Positions 38,873-51,100 are shown, counted from the stretch's first letter. The stretch: 64,000 nucleotides of DNA from a bacterium (GCA_965216315.1 CBDCFN010000016.1:1952001-2016000); one strand, 5' to 3'. The notes: generated by a model from the sequence alone, not told the origin. Numbers and translations are program-made.

Positions 38873-41800
38873 CTTGCGAAGCGTTCCCAGGACAAGGAGA
38901 CAGAGAGCCAGTACAGCCCATGGCAGCCCCGCGTTCACTCTTTCCGCAAATGAAGCGCTTGTTAAGCTACAACTGGAGGAGCCGCCGCCGCCCTCCACTT
39001 CTAAACAATCAAAGAAACCGTCGCGGGGAGCACTGACATCCACTACGAGATGCTCGCATCGATCACATGCACCCAATTCAACTCTCTGGGGATCATCAGG
39101 GCAGTCGTCATTGCAGTCCAGTACGCCGTCACCGTCGCTGTCGACATCGTCGGTCTTATCCGGATCGTCGGGGCACTGGTCAACTTGCTCCAGACCGGTC
39201 TCCAGGCAGTCGGTGATGCCGTTCTGGTTTTCATCCAGGTCCGCTTCGCCGCAACCGCAGTCGCCCTCCTCCGTCTTGTTCGGATCATCAGGACACTCGT
39301 CATTGCAGTCCAGCACGCCGTCTCCGTCGGAGTCGACATCGAAATCCTTTTCCGGGTCCGTGGGACAGAAATCCTCGCTGCCGTCCGAGGGCATGCAGTC
39401 AGTATCACATCCGTCACCATCGACGCCATTGGCGTCGTCGCACTGCTCGACGCCGGACTGCACAAAACCGTCGCCGCAAAAAGCGGAGGTACAGTCGGGC
39501 AGACACTTATTATAGAACTGATTGGCAACGCCGTTGTCGCATTCCTCGCCCGGACCGACGATGCTGTCACCACAGAACGCCTGGGTACAGTTGTTCGTGC
39601 AACTGTTGCTATTGTCGTTGTCACCGTCGTCGCATTCTTCCGAGCCCTCGGGAATGCCGTTCCCGCAGCTGCCACCTTCAAGCTCGCAGTTTGCACAGAT
39701 CAGCCCTAAGGCGGCATAATCAACACCGTCTTCAGGATCGCATTCCTCGCCCGCTGCAATCTGCACGATACCGTCGCCGCACACGGCCTCGATGCATTCG
39801 TCACTGCAGGAGTCGTCGTTGACGCCGTTGCCGTCGTCACATTCTTCCACGCCGTCACCGGTCAACTGGACCACGCCGTCGCCGCAAATGTTCTCTGAAC
39901 AATCGTTCTTGCAGCTGTCATGGGGATCGGTATTGCCATCATCGCAGTCTTCACCGGCCTGCGGGACGCCGTCACCACATGATGGTTTTTCACACGTGTT
40001 GCTGCATTCATCGTCATCGGTGTCGTTACCGTCGTCACATTCCTCGCCGAGCGTGGCCTGTGTAATGCCGTCACCACATTCCTCGATCACGCATGTACTA
40101 CTGCAACCATCGAGCGAGTTATTGTTTGCGTCATCACACTCTTCGCCGTCGTCGAGATTGCCATCACCACAGCGTGCCTCGATTTCGCATGATTCGGAAC
40201 ACCCATCGCCATTGCTGTTGTTCCCGTCGTCGCAGTCCTCGGTACCGAACTGGACGAAGCCATCGCCACATGCGGCATTCAAACAACTCGTTGTACATCC
40301 GTCGTTGGGATTGACATTGCCGTCGTCGCATACCTCCGTGCCTTCGACGACGCCGTTTCCGCAGCGGGGCTCGACAATGCAGATATCGGAACATCCGTCG
40401 CCGCTCGACTGGTTGCCGTCATCACACTCTTCGCCGTCGTTCGGATCTAAAATGCCGTCACCACAACGCTGGTTGATGCAGCCCGGGCGGCAGCTGGCGT
40501 CGGGGTCGGTGCTGTTGCCGGCGCCGTTGTCACAATCCTCGCCGGGATCCGTGTTGCCGTCGCCGCAGAACGGGGCGATCACATGGCAGATCGCGTCGCA
40601 GTTGCCGGAATTCGGCGGTTCGCATTCTTCGCCCAGGAGCGGCTGGATGGAACCATCACCGCAGGATTCGGCGACACAGGTATCGGAACACCCGTCGCCA
40701 CTCGATTGGTTGCCGTCATCACATTCTTCACCGGCAACAGAATCTCGAATGCCGTCACCACAACGGGATAACACGCAACCCGGTCGGCAATTGGCATCGG
40801 GATCGTTGCTATTGGCCGCACCGTCATCGCATTCCTCACCGGGGTCCGGGTTGCCGTCGCCACAGAAAGGGGCAATAAGCTGGCAGGCCGCGTCACAGTC
40901 ATCGACCGAGGGGGGTTCGCACTGTTCGCCCAAGAGCGGCTGGATGGAACCATCGCCGCAGGATTCAGCGACACAGGTATCGGAACAGCCGTCCCCGCTC
41001 GACTGGTTGCCGTCATCACACTCTTCGCCGTCGTTCGGATCTAAAATGCCGTCACCACAACGCTGGTTGACGCAACCCGGGCGGCAGGTCGCGTCGGGGT
41101 CGGTGCTGTTGCCGGCGCCGTCGTCACATTCTTCGCCGGGATCCGTGTTGCCGTCTCCACAGAACGGGGCAATCACATGGCAGATCGCGTCGCAGTTGCC
41201 TGAATTCGGCGGTTCGCATTCTTCGCCCAGGAGCGGCTGGATGGAACCATCACCGCAGGATTCGGCGACACAGGTATCGGAACACCCGTCGCCACTCGAC
41301 TGGTTCCCGTCATCACAATCTTCTCCGCTCTGCTGAATGCCATCGCCGCAACGCTCCTCGCGGCAGAGATGACTGCAGCCGTCATTATCATCCAAGTCGC
41401 CGTCGTCGCATTCCTCGCTGGGCTGCTGAATGTTATCGCCACAGGCTTCCAGCTGACAGGTCGCCGAACAGCCGTCGTTGTCCGACTGGTTGCCGTCGTC
41501 GCACTCTTCATCATCGCCGCCACCGATCGTATTATCAGCACCGTCGGGGTCGAGAACACCGTCGCCGCAGCGCTCTTCACGACATAAATGATTGCAACCG
41601 TCACCGTCGATGAGGTTGTTGTCGTCGCACTCTTCACTGGGTTGCTGGATACCGTCACCACACGCTTCCAGTTTGCAGTTAGCATCGCAGCCGTCACCAT
41701 TGGACTGGGCGCCGTCGTCGCATTCCTCGTTATCGTCGAGCGTAGTGATGTCATTATCAATACCGTTTAGATCAAGAACCCCATCCCCGCAGCGCTCGGG

Positions 41801-44800
41801 TTGGCAAAATTCACTACAGCCATCACCGCTGACCGGAAGACAAACGGCACTGTTCGGATCGACACAGCCGCTGACGTCAGCCGTCGTGCAAGCCACATTG
41901 ATATCATCGCTGCAGACGCCACCGTCGTCGCACTGCTCGCCGGCAACACCTTGCGTATGACCATCGCCGCAAACGGCGCTCTTGCAGTCATCTGTGCATA
42001 AGTCGTGATTATCGATGTTGCCGTCGTCGCATTCTTCGGCGACGAGTTGTCCCGTCACCGGGTCGACAAAAACATTGGTGATGCCATCACCGCATTCCTC
42101 GATCTGGCAAGACCGGCCGCAGCCATCTTTATCCTGCGTGATGCAGACCGCGCTGTTCGGATCGGCACAGCTGGTTACATTATCAATGGTGCAGGGCACA
42201 TTGGGATCATCACTACAAACACCGCCGTCGTCGCATTCTTCGCCGGTATCCAGGACACCGTTACCGCAATTCGGCCCGCCGTTGCCACCATCGCCGCCAC
42301 ATTCCAGTTCGCAGGAATCCGGATGACAATAACAGTTGTCGGGTACATCCGGGTTTCCGTCTGCATCAAATTCGCATTCTTCCAGTGCCTCGATCTCACC
42401 ATTGCCACAGACGGGTCCTTGGCAATCGTTGCCGCAGGCATCATTGTCGACATTATTGCCGTCGTCGCATTCCTCGTCGTCGTCGGTGTTGGGGATGTTG
42501 TCAGGTCCATCCGGGTCGGTAACACCGTCCCCGCAGGATTCAATGTTGCAGGCATTGTTGCAACCATCACCATTCCTTTGAACACAGGGGGTCGGGTCGC
42601 CGTTGGCGTCGACCGGGCACTGCGAAACACTCGTACAGGCGCTTCCGCCTACAAGACAGTGTTGGCCGTCGTCGCACTCTTCGTCCTTGTCGAGGATACC
42701 GTTGCCACAGGATTCAAGTATGCAGAATTCGCTGCAGCCCGGGTGCCGGATCGGTTCACAAAAGTTGAACTTGAGGATCGGATCGCAGTCAAAATCAGAG
42801 GTGCACGCGGTGCCGGTTTGGGAACAAGCACCACCCTCATCACAGCTTTCAAAGGGAGGTTCAACGACACCGTTGCCGCATCGGGAATCATTCAATTCGA
42901 TCGCGCCCCGGTCGCAGGCAGCATCCGGTCCGTAGCGGTCCGTGCCAAGTTGGTCGTCGGCGGGACAATCGTTACTGCCCGTATCGTTGGCAATACTGGA
43001 CGCAAGCAGCGGGCAATGCGGTTCGCCGGCGATGCTTGATGAGGTGTCGCAGACGTCCAGGCCGGCATCCGTATCGGGCGATACCATAATGTCGTTCGTC
43101 ATCGCCGCAACAATCGCGCCGCTTAAGTCGCCAAGGAGGTTAAAGTCGTTCGAGTTCAGTCCACCGCTGTAATTGGGTCCACTCGCTTTGGCGGTGTTCT
43201 CTGCCAGGATCGCGTTTCTCATGCTCGTGTTGCTGTTGAGGCTGAAGACACCGCCGCCCTCCTCACTAGCCAGGTTGCGCGCAATCGTGGAACTGAAGAT
43301 ATTGATATAGGTCTCCGGGATGACAAAAGGATCCGTCGAACCCGGATCCGGAAAGACGATGCGCGCCTGCTGAAGTTCGGTGCTGCTAACATCCAGGTAA
43401 GCATTCGTCTGAAGGCTGTTTCTAATCGTATCATTGGTGACAATCTGGTTTCCATCGGTACGGCTTCCGTCGCCACCGTCATTGCGGCCACCATCCCCAC
43501 CGTCGTCGAAGATTGACTGGCAGATATTGGGATCCCCCAAGATGAAGAAACCGCCGCCCAGTTTGGCCTCGTTTTCAAAGACGCTGGTATTGGTAATGCC
43601 GACGTCACTGCACAAAAAAGCCAGTCCGCCGCCGAACTCGCCGGCGAGGTTGCTGTGGAAAGCGCTCTGTTCGATCGTGACATTACTGACAGCAGCGCCG
43701 ATCGCCCCGCCCAGTCCCGTGATACTGTTAACCTCCGAAGAGTCCTCAGCGATGACGAGGTTGTCTGTAAATGTAGAATTGCCGATGTTGAGGTTGCCCG
43801 CCGCCATGACGATGGCGCCCCCGATCGAGGACACGTTACCGGCAAATATTGAGTCCGTGATCTCGACTGTCGAAAGAAACTCCGTCGCGACGGCACCGCC
43901 AATGCCGTCTTCGCGGCCCACTGTCAGCGGATGCGGTGTCGTCAGCGTGCTGTTGCCTTTCAAGGTAGACTGATGGATTTCTAAGATACCGGGCCCGCCG
44001 CCACCGTTGTTGTCGTCACCTTCCTCACCGACGAGGAGTGCACCGCCGTTATAACATTCATCGCAGATCTCAGGTTGGCATTGGTCGGTACAACCATCTC
44101 CGTTCTGCGGGGCGCAGATTTCTTGACGATTGGCACTGCAAGGATTCTTGGCATCGCAGAAGGCACCGAGTTCCCCCGTCGTGACATCCAGGCAGCGGCC
44201 ACCGTCGTCGCATAACTCTGCCGGCGCATCGACGATACCATCCCCGCAGGATTCCAGTTGACAGAAGCTGTCACAGCCGTCCCCGGATTGCGGGATGCAA
44301 TCATTGGCGGCGCCATCGACGACCGGACAAGGATTATTGGCGTCGCAGACGGACCCGTCCGCGGAACAAAGACCGCCGTCATCACACTGCTCGCCATTAA
44401 CGGGTTCTTTTACGCCGTTACCGCAGGAGGCATTGTCTCCGCTGTTCAAGCGCCGACAATTGAAATCACAAGGAGGGCCGCTCGTATCGCCGGGATCGCA
44501 TTGCTCACCGTTTTCGACGATGCCATTGCCGCAGCTTTCCAATTGGCAGTCGGCACTACAGCCATCGCCATCGACTCGCTCTCCGTCGTCGCATTGTTCA
44601 CCTACATCCACCTGGACGATGCCATCACCACAGAACAGCGGATCGCAACCGGGATTGAATTTATTGATACTAAGGTTGTTGAATGACGCCAGGCCGCGAA
44701 CATGGGCGAGCCGGAAGAAAATGTCTCCATCGGGATCCGAGCCGAGACCGACAAGGTCCGCAACGCCACCGCCGTCGATAATGACCGGAGCCTCAATCAC

Positions 44801-45151
44801 AGGCAGTGCGTTGGGGCCGTTGCAGGCATTCAAATTGAAATTATCGACCTGCGTAAATTGGTAGATGCCGGCCGTGAGGACAATAGTGTCTGTCCCGTTG
44901 CCGGGAGTACAGCCGTCGACTTGTTCTTCGCGCCTCGAGGCTTCGAGCGCCTCGCCGAAAGAACATTTTCCGTCCTGGTCACCGCCGATCGTGGGAGGAC
45001 CTGACGGCAATTCGCCGCAGCGAAGTGGCGCAGCCGCCCCGCTATTACATTGGACCGTCGTATCGACGATAATCGTCGCCCCGTAGGCGCTGCCCGCAAT
45101 ACTTAAAGTGATTAAAAAGAAAAGAGTCTTACCCAGCGTCTTTGCGTTCAA
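38843..45151 (-). CDS. giant surface protein with Myxococcus Cys-rich (DUF4215-like) repeats, beta-helix/choice-of-anchor-Q-like region, TSP3-like repeats and C-terminal sorting signal
   Basis: Signal peptide; many CGDG...EECDDGN...DGCS..C units; GGA/GGG-N repeats ending [34 protein letters not shown] tail. Confidence 0.9.
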   Translation of the reverse strand: MNAKTLGKTLFFLITLSIAGSAYGATIIVDTTVQCNSGAAAPLRCGELPSGPPTIGGDQDGKCSFGEALEASRREEQVDGCTPGNGTDTIVLTAGIYQFTQVDNFNLNACNGPNALPVIEAPVIIDGGGVADLVGLGSDPDGDIFFRLAHVRGLASFNNLSINKFNPGCDPLFCGDGIVQVDVGEQCDDGERVDGDGCSADCQLESCGNGIVENGEQCDPGDTSGPPCDFNCRRLNSGDNASCGNGVKEPVNGEQCDDGGLCSADGSVCDANNPCPVVDGAANDCIPQSGDGCDSFCQLESCGDGIVDAPAELCDDGGRCLDVTTGELGAFCDAKNPCSANRQEICAPQNGDGCTDQCQPEICDECYNGGALLVGEEGDDNNGGGGPGILEIHQSTLKGNSTLTTPHPLTVGREDGIGGAVATEFLSTVEITDSIFAGNVSSIGGAIVMAAGNLNIGNSTFTDNLVIAEDSSEVNSITGLGGAIGAAVSNVTIEQSAFHSNLAGEFGGGLAFLCSDVGITNTSVFENEAKLGGGFFILGDPNICQSIFDDGGDGGRNDGGDGSRTDGNQIVTNDTIRNSLQTNAYLDVSSTELQQARIVFPDPGSTDPFVIPETYINIFSSTIARNLASEEGGGVFSLNSNTSMRNAILAENTAKASGPNYSGGLNSNDFNLLGDLSGAIVAAMTNDIMVSPDTDAGLDVCDTSSSIAGEPHCPLLASSIANDTGSNDCPADDQLGTDRYGPDAACDRGAIELNDSRCGNGVVEPPFESCDEGGACSQTGTACTSDFDCDPILKFNFCEPIRHPGCSEFCILESCGNGILDKDEECDDGQHCLVGGSACTSVSQCPVDANGDPTPCVQRNGDGCNNACNIESCGDGVTDPDGPDNIPNTDDDEECDDGNNVDNDACGNDCQGPVCGNGEIEALEECEFDADGNPDVPDNCYCHPDSCELECGGDGGNGGPNCGNGVLDTGEECDDGGVCSDDPNVPCTIDNVTSCADPNSAVCITQDKDGCGRSCQIEECGDGITNVFVDPVTGQLVAEECDDGNIDNHDLCTDDCKSAVCGDGHTQGVAGEQCDDGGVCSDDINVACTTADVSGCVDPNSAVCLPVSGDGCSEFCQPERCGDGVLDLNGIDNDITTLDDNEECDDGAQSNGDGCDANCKLEACGDGIQQPSEECDDNNLIDGDGCNHLCREERCGDGVLDPDGADNTIGGGDDEECDDGNQSDNDGCSATCQLEACGDNIQQPSEECDDGDLDDNDGCSHLCREERCGDGIQQSGEDCDDGNQSSGDGCSDTCVAESCGDGSIQPLLGEECEPPNSGNCDAICHVIAPFCGDGNTDPGEECDDGAGNSTDPDATCRPGCVNQRCGDGILDPNDGEECDDGNQSSGDGCSDTCVAESCGDGSIQPLLGEQCEPPSVDDCDAACQLIAPFCGDGNPDPGEECDDGAANSNDPDANCRPGCVLSRCGDGIRDSVAGEECDDGNQSSGDGCSDTCVAESCGDGSIQPLLGEECEPPNSGNCDAICHVIAPFCGDGNTDPGEDCDNGAGNSTDPDASCRPGCINQRCGDGILDPNDGEECDDGNQSSGDGCSDICIVEPRCGNGVVEGTEVCDDGNVNPNDGCTTSCLNAACGDGFVQFGTEDCDDGNNSNGDGCSESCEIEARCGDGNLDDGEECDDANNNSLDGCSSTCVIEECGDGITQATLGEECDDGNDTDDDECSNTCEKPSCGDGVPQAGEDCDDGNTDPHDSCKNDCSENICGDGVVQLTGDGVEECDDGNGVNDDSCSDECIEAVCGDGIVQIAAGEECDPEDGVDYAALGLICANCELEGGSCGNGIPEGSEECDDGDNDNSNSCTNNCTQAFCGDSIVGPGEECDNGVANQFYNKCLPDCTSAFCGDGFVQSGVEQCDDANGVDGDGCDTDCMPSDGSEDFCPTDPEKDFDVDSDGDGVLDCNDECPDDPNKTEEGDCGCGEADLDENQNGITDCLETGLEQVDQCPDDPDKTDDVDSDGDGVLDCNDDCPDDPQRVELGACDRCEHLVVDVSAPRDGFFDCLEVEGGGGSSSCSLTSASFAERVNAGLPWAVLALCLLVLGTLRKRQSLAARIK
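40383..41317. repeat. intragenic tandem repeat, 297-bp period, about three units
   Basis: Anchor (G/A)TATCGGAACA recurs at 40383, 40680, 40977, 41274; units 1 and 3 nearly identical. Confidence 0.9.
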
Positions 45152-45438
45152 GTAGTTGCCCCCTCTAGTGCGCCATCATCAGGGGTAATTGTACCGTTTT
45201 CCGGGGCAAAATGAAGCCACTTGTCATGCGAAAGTCTTCGCTGGAGGTTGGCTATCCATTTAACTAATTGAAATTATTAATTAATATTAAATATAAAAAA
45301 ATGTTCTGATTAAGGGGCAATTGGCACAAAGTTTTATCGATATGAGAATTTTAGTAAAATTGCCTTTTGATCTGCGGCTTTATGCGTGGCGCCGCAAAAG
45401 AGTGGATTCGGCTGCTTCACTTGCAGGACCTTCACACC

Positions 45439-46674
45439 TCAATCCGACATAAACTCAATCAACTCCTGATGCTGACTCTTAGCGTCCTCAAAACCGAGAT
45501 CTAAGAGCCGTTTGAGATAGTGTGGTGAAAAGCTCAAATAGGATAAGAGGTCGACGCCGCTATAAGGGTCGACGTCCATCGTGCGGAGCAGAAACTTTTC
45601 GAAAAAGGTCTGCTCATCCTTATTGCGCTGCCGAAAGCATTCTTTGAAGATTTCGCCGATGTCCACCGAAGGTCGGATGTGCAAGACTTTGAGATGCTTG
45701 AGTCCACGGTCAGCGATATCGCCCTCGATGTTGTGATCCTCGATCATCTGATTGACTTCGCTTAAAAAAGTCGGACCGTGGACCTTCTCTCCCCACTCGA
45801 TAATGCGGTTGATGCGATTCAGCTGTTCAAAGTCATACTGCACGCGATCTAAAAAGATCGCATTCATCACCCGACTCACGATGGCCCCTAACGACGGTTG
45901 ACGCCCTCGCTCTCCCCGCTCGGGAGCGGCCTCACCGGGAAGGGCCCGATGATTCAAGCCAATCGCCAACACCCGGTCTGCACCGAGATGAATGGCCGGA
46001 GACAACGGCGTATTCAGGCGCAGACCGCCGTCGATATAGGGAATATCGCCGATCATCACTGCCGGAAAAACAATTGGAATCGCCGCCGAGGCACGGGCAT
46101 GGTTAGGCATGATTTCCGTAATGTGCGCTACACAATCACCTTGATAAGCGGTCTGGTCATGCTTCTCAACGAATAATTCCAAACGCCCCGTAAGCACGTT
46201 GGTGACAACCAGCGAAATCGCATCGATTAAGCCGTCATTGATATTCCGGCTCAAGCGTTTCCAATCGATGATGCGACAGATAAACGGATTGAACGGCGAG
46301 GTGTCCAAGAAACCCGGAAAGTGCGGGTTCGCCTGACCCGGCCGCCTGAATACTTTCTCCAAAAACCCGACGCTGGTCTTGCGCAGAAAACCCGCGAGCG
46401 CACTCAGGTTACGTCGATAGATATCCTCACTACGCACGTCTTCCCACAGTTTCCTGATCGCACGCGCCTGCAAGTCATGGTCGTGCGCCGTCGAGACCAT
46501 AAAACAGGTATTGATGGCGCCCACCGACGAGCCGCACTGAATATCAAAACGCCGCGTCCGAACCGGATTCGGCAGCATCGTGCGAATGTAATGAATGATC
46601 CCCGCTTCGTACGCCCCCCGCGCTCCGCCGCCGGATAAAACTAATGCGATTTTAGCCGGCCGCGACTCCGTCAT
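45439..46674 (-). CDS. patatin-like phospholipase
   Basis: GGGARG, GSSVG (catalytic Ser), DGG motifs. Confidence 0.93.
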   Translation of the reverse strand: MTESRPAKIALVLSGGGARGAYEAGIIHYIRTMLPNPVRTRRFDIQCGSSVGAINTCFMVSTAHDHDLQARAIRKLWEDVRSEDIYRRNLSALAGFLRKTSVGFLEKVFRRPGQANPHFPGFLDTSPFNPFICRIIDWKRLSRNINDGLIDAISLVVTNVLTGRLELFVEKHDQTAYQGDCVAHITEIMPNHARASAAIPIVFPAVMIGDIPYIDGGLRLNTPLSPAIHLGADRVLAIGLNHRALPGEAAPERGERGRQPSLGAIVSRVMNAIFLDRVQYDFEQLNRINRIIEWGEKVHGPTFLSEVNQMIEDHNIEGDIADRGLKHLKVLHIRPSVDIGEIFKECFRQRNKDEQTFFEKFLLRTMDVDPYSGVDLLSYLSFSPHYLKRLLDLGFEDAKSQHQELIEFMSD

Positions 46675-46726
46675 GGCGGGCGATTATAGCCGAATAGCTG
46701 GATTTTTTATAGCTATTACGACGGTA

Positions 46727-47548
46727 TTACCGTTTCCACAGATAGAACGAATCCGTCACGTAGGTCATTTTATCCTCGCCGACTTGGCGGATCGCAATCC
46801 GATAACCGTGCCCCCGTATCTCCGGGGCATCATCCGGAAGTTCCTCGCGACCATCAAAGAACGATAGTTTCGTCTCCCCATCGACAGTGTGCGTCCCCAA
46901 ATCCAGTACATGCTTGAAATCGGGGCCAACAACCAATGACGCCTCGAGCTCAACCGGGCCGTCCGTTTCAACGGCAACAACAACAGGCTCGAACAATAAG
47001 ACGGGATAATGATCCGGATCAATTTTAGTCACCGAACTGATTGTCCCCGCAACATTCGATAGGTCCGGCCTTTCCGCATAGTCCCCTGCATTAAAGGAAG
47101 CATCGGACGCGACATCCCAGGAAAATCGAACGCCAAACCCGCCACTAAAGGCCAGATTATCGAAATCCGTCGTGGCGAGACCCGTGTACGCAGTCAGGCC
47201 GACGTGATCGGTCACGTTAGCTAAGAAAAGGACGCCGGCCTCTCCGGTGGTCACAAGGTCACCGCTCGTCAGGCTCTCTATGTCTTCAGTCACTCCCAAC
47301 TGCCCCCCGAGCCAAACATCGGGATCAAGCTGGCCTAAAAGGCCGAAATGAAACGCAACATTATACGAAGGAATCTCGGCGGAGCCCCCATCGAAAGGCA
47401 CGAGCAACTCCGCCGCCGCCGTCGCATCGATGAGCAGGTCATCGGTCTCAATTTGTAGGTTAGGTCCAATCGAACCACCCAACAGTGTCTGACCTGCCCC
47501 GGATAAAACGGAACTGTCCAGTTCAATACCTAAACGCACCTCTCCCAC
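46727..47548 (-). CDS. hypothetical protein (beta-rich)
   Basis: 273-aa ORF, amphipathic strands in the N-terminal half; start uncertain. Confidence 0.6.
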   Translation of the reverse strand: MGEVRLGIELDSSVLSGAGQTLLGGSIGPNLQIETDDLLIDATAAAELLVPFDGGSAEIPSYNVAFHFGLLGQLDPDVWLGGQLGVTEDIESLTSGDLVTTGEAGVLFLANVTDHVGLTAYTGLATTDFDNLAFSGGFGVRFSWDVASDASFNAGDYAERPDLSNVAGTISSVTKIDPDHYPVLLFEPVVVAVETDGPVELEASLVVGPDFKHVLDLGTHTVDGETKLSFFDGREELPDDAPEIRGHGYRIAIRQVGEDKMTYVTDSFYLWKR

Positions 47549-47661
47549 AACACACCTCCACGGCTCATTGCATACTGCTAATTGTTCATGAAGTATCGCA
47601 CCTAGGGAGATTATCGGCGCTTAGACAAGAGAAGTTCTGACGACAATTTGCGAAACGGTTT

Positions 47662-48081
47662 CTAATTCGCCCGCTTAAGAGTACAGATGATTGATTCTGC
47701 ATCTGCATAGTCTACAATGATACCACCAAGATCAAGGGCCCCGTGAGCTTGAATAACCACATTATATTTAATCGAATTTGACATCACTAACTTCGCTGAA
47801 TTCATACAAGACCGCATTATTTCACGCACAGAACTGTTTCCCATATTCAAATTATCAAAACGAAATCCGTCAAGCCCTTGAATGCTTTCTCCAATAATAT
47901 AGATCCGTGTCGTCCCGAAATTCGTGTTGTAAAGATGCGTGACATCCGTAATTTTTGTGAACTCGGCCGTATGAGTCTTTGGAGGATCGGCCGCAATCAC
48001 GATTTGACCGACAAACATCACTGCAATAAATGAAAGCAAACCGGCTAAGCGAACCCTATTTTTCATATTTTTCTCCTTCAT
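47662..48081 (-). CDS. secreted hypothetical protein with two Cys
   Basis: Sec signal (..QIVIA-AD); 3 nt downstream of the lipoprotein gene. Confidence 0.75.
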   Translation of the reverse strand: MKEKNMKNRVRLAGLLSFIAVMFVGQIVIAADPPKTHTAEFTKITDVTHLYNTNFGTTRIYIIGESIQGLDGFRFDNLNMGNSSVREIMRSCMNSAKLVMSNSIKYNVVIQAHGALDLGGIIVDYADAESIICTLKRAN

Positions 48082-48084
48082 TGC

Positions 48085-48492
48085 TTAAAACTCTCCCATG
48101 ATGATGCGCCATTCTTCTTCCAGCTGTCCCGCTAGCAGAGCGGCCTTGGCCTTAAACGGCACCGCAAAAACCGAAAACGGATTAGGCCCCGACTCGTTGC
48201 CAGGCCCTGAGTCGGCCTCCCCCCCTCCAGCGGACGGATCCTCCGCCAATGGGTCTCCGGCCGGTGAATCGGACCCAGCCTCAGCTTCGGCTTCAACCTC
48301 GGGTTCTCCACCCTCATCGACAACATCATCACTCGCAAATGGCTCCTCATTCACCTCTTCAGCGGAACCTGCATCGCCGGCCGGTAATGACGTCCCCTGA
48401 CAAGCGGATAGCAGGAAAGTAACGGCGCAAGCTATGGAGATAAAAGGGGAAATCCCGATACGGCAGAGGCTGAAATTCATTGCACGCATCAT
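48085..48492 (-). CDS. acidic low-complexity lipoprotein
   Basis: Lipobox LSAC followed by E/D/A/P/G-rich linker. Confidence 0.65.
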   Translation of the reverse strand: MMRAMNFSLCRIGISPFISIACAVTFLLSACQGTSLPAGDAGSAEEVNEEPFASDDVVDEGGEPEVEAEAEAGSDSPAGDPLAEDPSAGGGEADSGPGNESGPNPFSVFAVPFKAKAALLAGQLEEEWRIIMGEF

Positions 48493-48600
48493 AGCATAGG
48501 GGACTCCACCCTCACCACGGAATTGTGCCTAAAAGTGCTTACACGAGTTAACAGATACTGAACCCGGCGAGAAACCCGATCCCGTCTCACGGCCGAAAAC

Positions 48601-49242
48601 TTGGGAATGAACACATCCACCTCTTTCTTCAAATTCACGTTGTTTCTCTTCTCACTCAGCCTGGTCACGGCCTGCCATTATAGTGGCGGCATTACTGATT
48701 CGGATTATGACTTCGGCCCGTCGATTACGGAAGACCTTCCCCCTGAAGTCGCTGAAGCCATCGCCGAGGATATCGAAACCGAATTCGACCGACAGGCAAA
48801 TGAAGACGAAATTATTGATGAAGTAAGATCAACGGAATTGAGCGATGAGCTCCTTGAAGAGCTTGATAAAACCGAAGCCCTTGGCAACGATGATACTGAG
48901 CTGGACGAAGAAAACACCGCAAACAACGGATCCGAAACAGATGCTGAAGAACCCACCGTGGAACCCGAAGAACCGAGCGAAGTCGTCGTCACTCCCGCCA
49001 ATCCGGATGCCAATATCACCGTAAGCCCGACTTTTACGAATATTGAGACCAGCATACAGCCGCACTGGGAACCGCGTCCCGCAGTTCGCCAAATTCCTCC
49101 CCGCGAAGAAGAAATCAATTACAACAACACCATCTCTTACGACGTTTCCGATGAACGACAGGAGTTCGACATAGCCGATACCGTTTACTACGAAGCGGAT
49201 AATAATAATAATCGTGACTGCCGCCGCTGCAGGCGTGATTAA
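48601..49242 (+). CDS. acidic lipoprotein
   Basis: Lipobox VTAC; very E/D-rich; ends CRRCRRD. Confidence 0.7.
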   Translation: MGMNTSTSFFKFTLFLFSLSLVTACHYSGGITDSDYDFGPSITEDLPPEVAEAIAEDIETEFDRQANEDEIIDEVRSTELSDELLEELDKTEALGNDDTELDEENTANNGSETDAEEPTVEPEEPSEVVVTPANPDANITVSPTFTNIETSIQPHWEPRPAVRQIPPREEEINYNNTISYDVSDERQEFDIADTVYYEADNNNNRDCRRCRRD

Positions 49243-49306
49243 AATCAGTTATACTCGTTAGAAAAGTTTTCTCGCGCCTATTGACCATTTTCGCTACAAT
49301 TCCAGC

Positions 49307-50509
49307 GTGGGTCTCTGGAAGCGCACGCGGATTTGGGCTGTACTCTTCACCTTCCTCGCTCTGGCCAGTTGTTCAGGTACGGGAACACCGGGTGATACTC
49401 TCCCTGCTGCACCACCCGTGCCACCAGCAGAAATTCCTTCGTTTCTTCAATTTCCAGAAAGTCTAGCCATCGATTTCAGTGAGTTAAATCAAGCAGAGGG
49501 CAATCCGAGCGTTTCGGCATTGCAAACTCAATTTGCCAGTGATCAGACACGCGAAGAAATTATCCGTGATCGGATTGAATTCATCGTCGGAAGTAGCAAC
49601 GAGTTTAATGAAACCCTGGAATTCCTCTTGCAGCCGGCCAGCAATGCCCGGATTCCCGTCAGGCCTCAACAACAAGACTTTGAAACAGTCGTGGAAATGA
49701 CCGGAATGGTCGAAGGGTTCCCGCAAACGGTCAGCCTCAACGCTGTCTTCGATTTCCGTGACTTTGACTTCGACGGAGACAATCAACCGGATGGCTGTTC
49801 TGGCTGTACCTGCCCGGTCGGCTGTGAAGCCGATGGCCTCAGCGTCTGTCCTGCCGAGGCCCCTGCCACCGATTTCAAGCCCGTTTGTTTTCGGATCTGG
49901 TTAAACAATGAACGCTATATGGCGGGAAAGTTTGATGCCTCCCCGGCTTCATTGCCCACGGAGGGTAACCCGGGTGCCGGCGTCTTTCGCGCCAGTGAAA
50001 CTCTTGATATGCCCAACGTTGAAGCCGAGATATCGAGCGCACGTATTGGTGCCAACTATGATCAAAGAGACTCAGACAAGCAATTCAATGATTTGTTTTT
50101 GCATGCCTTCCTCGGCGGAGTTAATCCTATCGCAACGCATATCATCTCGGAAGCAGTCCTGTCCGGCGCAGACCTAATCAAAACCTTTAATGCCACTGCC
50201 AACATCTTCGACAGTCCGGAAGATAAAAATCCACAATTTTTTGCCAAACAGGTCTCCAAATTCAGAGAAGGTACTGACTTTATCGGACTTCATGTAGTCG
50301 CCGGCGGTATTGATGACGATACGGGCGAGTTTACCGGAGAGCTACCCATCCTCTCTCCCCCCATCTGCGCCCAGATCTCGACGGCCATTGAGACATCCCT
50401 TGGGATTTGCCAGGACCTCGAAATCGATGTTACCGGAATTGATTTTGCCTCTGATGTTCAAGAGGCAGATGTTACCTTGCCACCGCTCGACGACTTTCCC
50501 GATCTGTAA
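49307..50509 (+). CDS. lipoprotein with Cys cluster
   Basis: Lipobox LASC; DFDGD and CSGCTCPVGC motif. Confidence 0.75.
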   Translation: MGLWKRTRIWAVLFTFLALASCSGTGTPGDTLPAAPPVPPAEIPSFLQFPESLAIDFSELNQAEGNPSVSALQTQFASDQTREEIIRDRIEFIVGSSNEFNETLEFLLQPASNARIPVRPQQQDFETVVEMTGMVEGFPQTVSLNAVFDFRDFDFDGDNQPDGCSGCTCPVGCEADGLSVCPAEAPATDFKPVCFRIWLNNERYMAGKFDASPASLPTEGNPGAGVFRASETLDMPNVEAEISSARIGANYDQRDSDKQFNDLFLHAFLGGVNPIATHIISEAVLSGADLIKTFNATANIFDSPEDKNPQFFAKQVSKFREGTDFIGLHVVAGGIDDDTGEFTGELPILSPPICAQISTAIETSLGICQDLEIDVTGIDFASDVQEADVTLPPLDDFPDL

Positions 50510-50521
50510 CAAGTACGTCCG

Positions 50522-51082
50522 CTACCCAACCCGTTTCAGCGTATTCTTATCGATATGATGAAACAGCTCCGGCTGCCCCTTGATCTGTAGTTGCGTATCC
50601 TCTTCATAACTAAAGCTGTCATCATCGTGAATCGTAATCTTTAGCTCATAGCGCACGGTCTTAAATTCTTTATCCAAGAACTTATTCGAGCATATGCCGT
50701 AAGTTTCCGACCCGACCTCCGCACTCAGTTGAAAGGATTTGGCATCCGCCTCGACGGTCCCTCCGGCAATTACGGTCACTCCACGGGGTACCATGAAGCA
50801 ACGTAGTACCTGCTTGGCTTCGGCATCCCAGAGCCAATATCCCAGTTCTTCATGAAACGGATCTTCCTCACCGACCGGCCAGGCCGTCGTTGCATAACGC
50901 AACCCATACAGCTGTTGTTCGTGATTATTAACGGCACCAATTGGAGTAAATGTCATCCGCTCGCGAAACTTGTTAGTCTCCGTCCCTCTCTCATCAGAAG
51001 GGGCCGTATCATCGCCCTTTTCACCTTCCCAGGTACCGGCCAATGTCGATAAAGGACCTAAATTAACTATATCTTCGTCCAT
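50522..51082 (-). CDS. nitrobindin/FABP-like heme-binding beta-barrel (DUF1794)
   Basis: LAGTWEG, FHEELGYW, HIDKNTLKR. Confidence 0.85.
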   Translation of the reverse strand: MDEDIVNLGPLSTLAGTWEGEKGDDTAPSDERGTETNKFRERMTFTPIGAVNNHEQQLYGLRYATTAWPVGEEDPFHEELGYWLWDAEAKQVLRCFMVPRGVTVIAGGTVEADAKSFQLSAEVGSETYGICSNKFLDKEFKTVRYELKITIHDDDSFSYEEDTQLQIKGQPELFHHIDKNTLKRVG

Positions 51083-51100
51083 AAATTCCCCCCTTTAACT

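Noticed and set aside
40383..41317. Possible CRISPR array or DGR template/variable repeat
   Set aside because: Repeats are in-frame 297-bp coding units without unique spacers; no cas or reverse transcriptase gene in the window
39050..45099. Many long plus-strand and alternate-frame ORFs (e.g. 39792-41336, 42005-43039)
   Set aside because: Antisense or frame shadows of the repetitive Cys/Asp/Gly-rich gene; no independent motifs
45255..45305. AT-rich palindromic tract upstream of the giant surface gene as a dif or att site
   Set aside because: No convincing XerC/D consensus or partner repeat; likely promoter DNA
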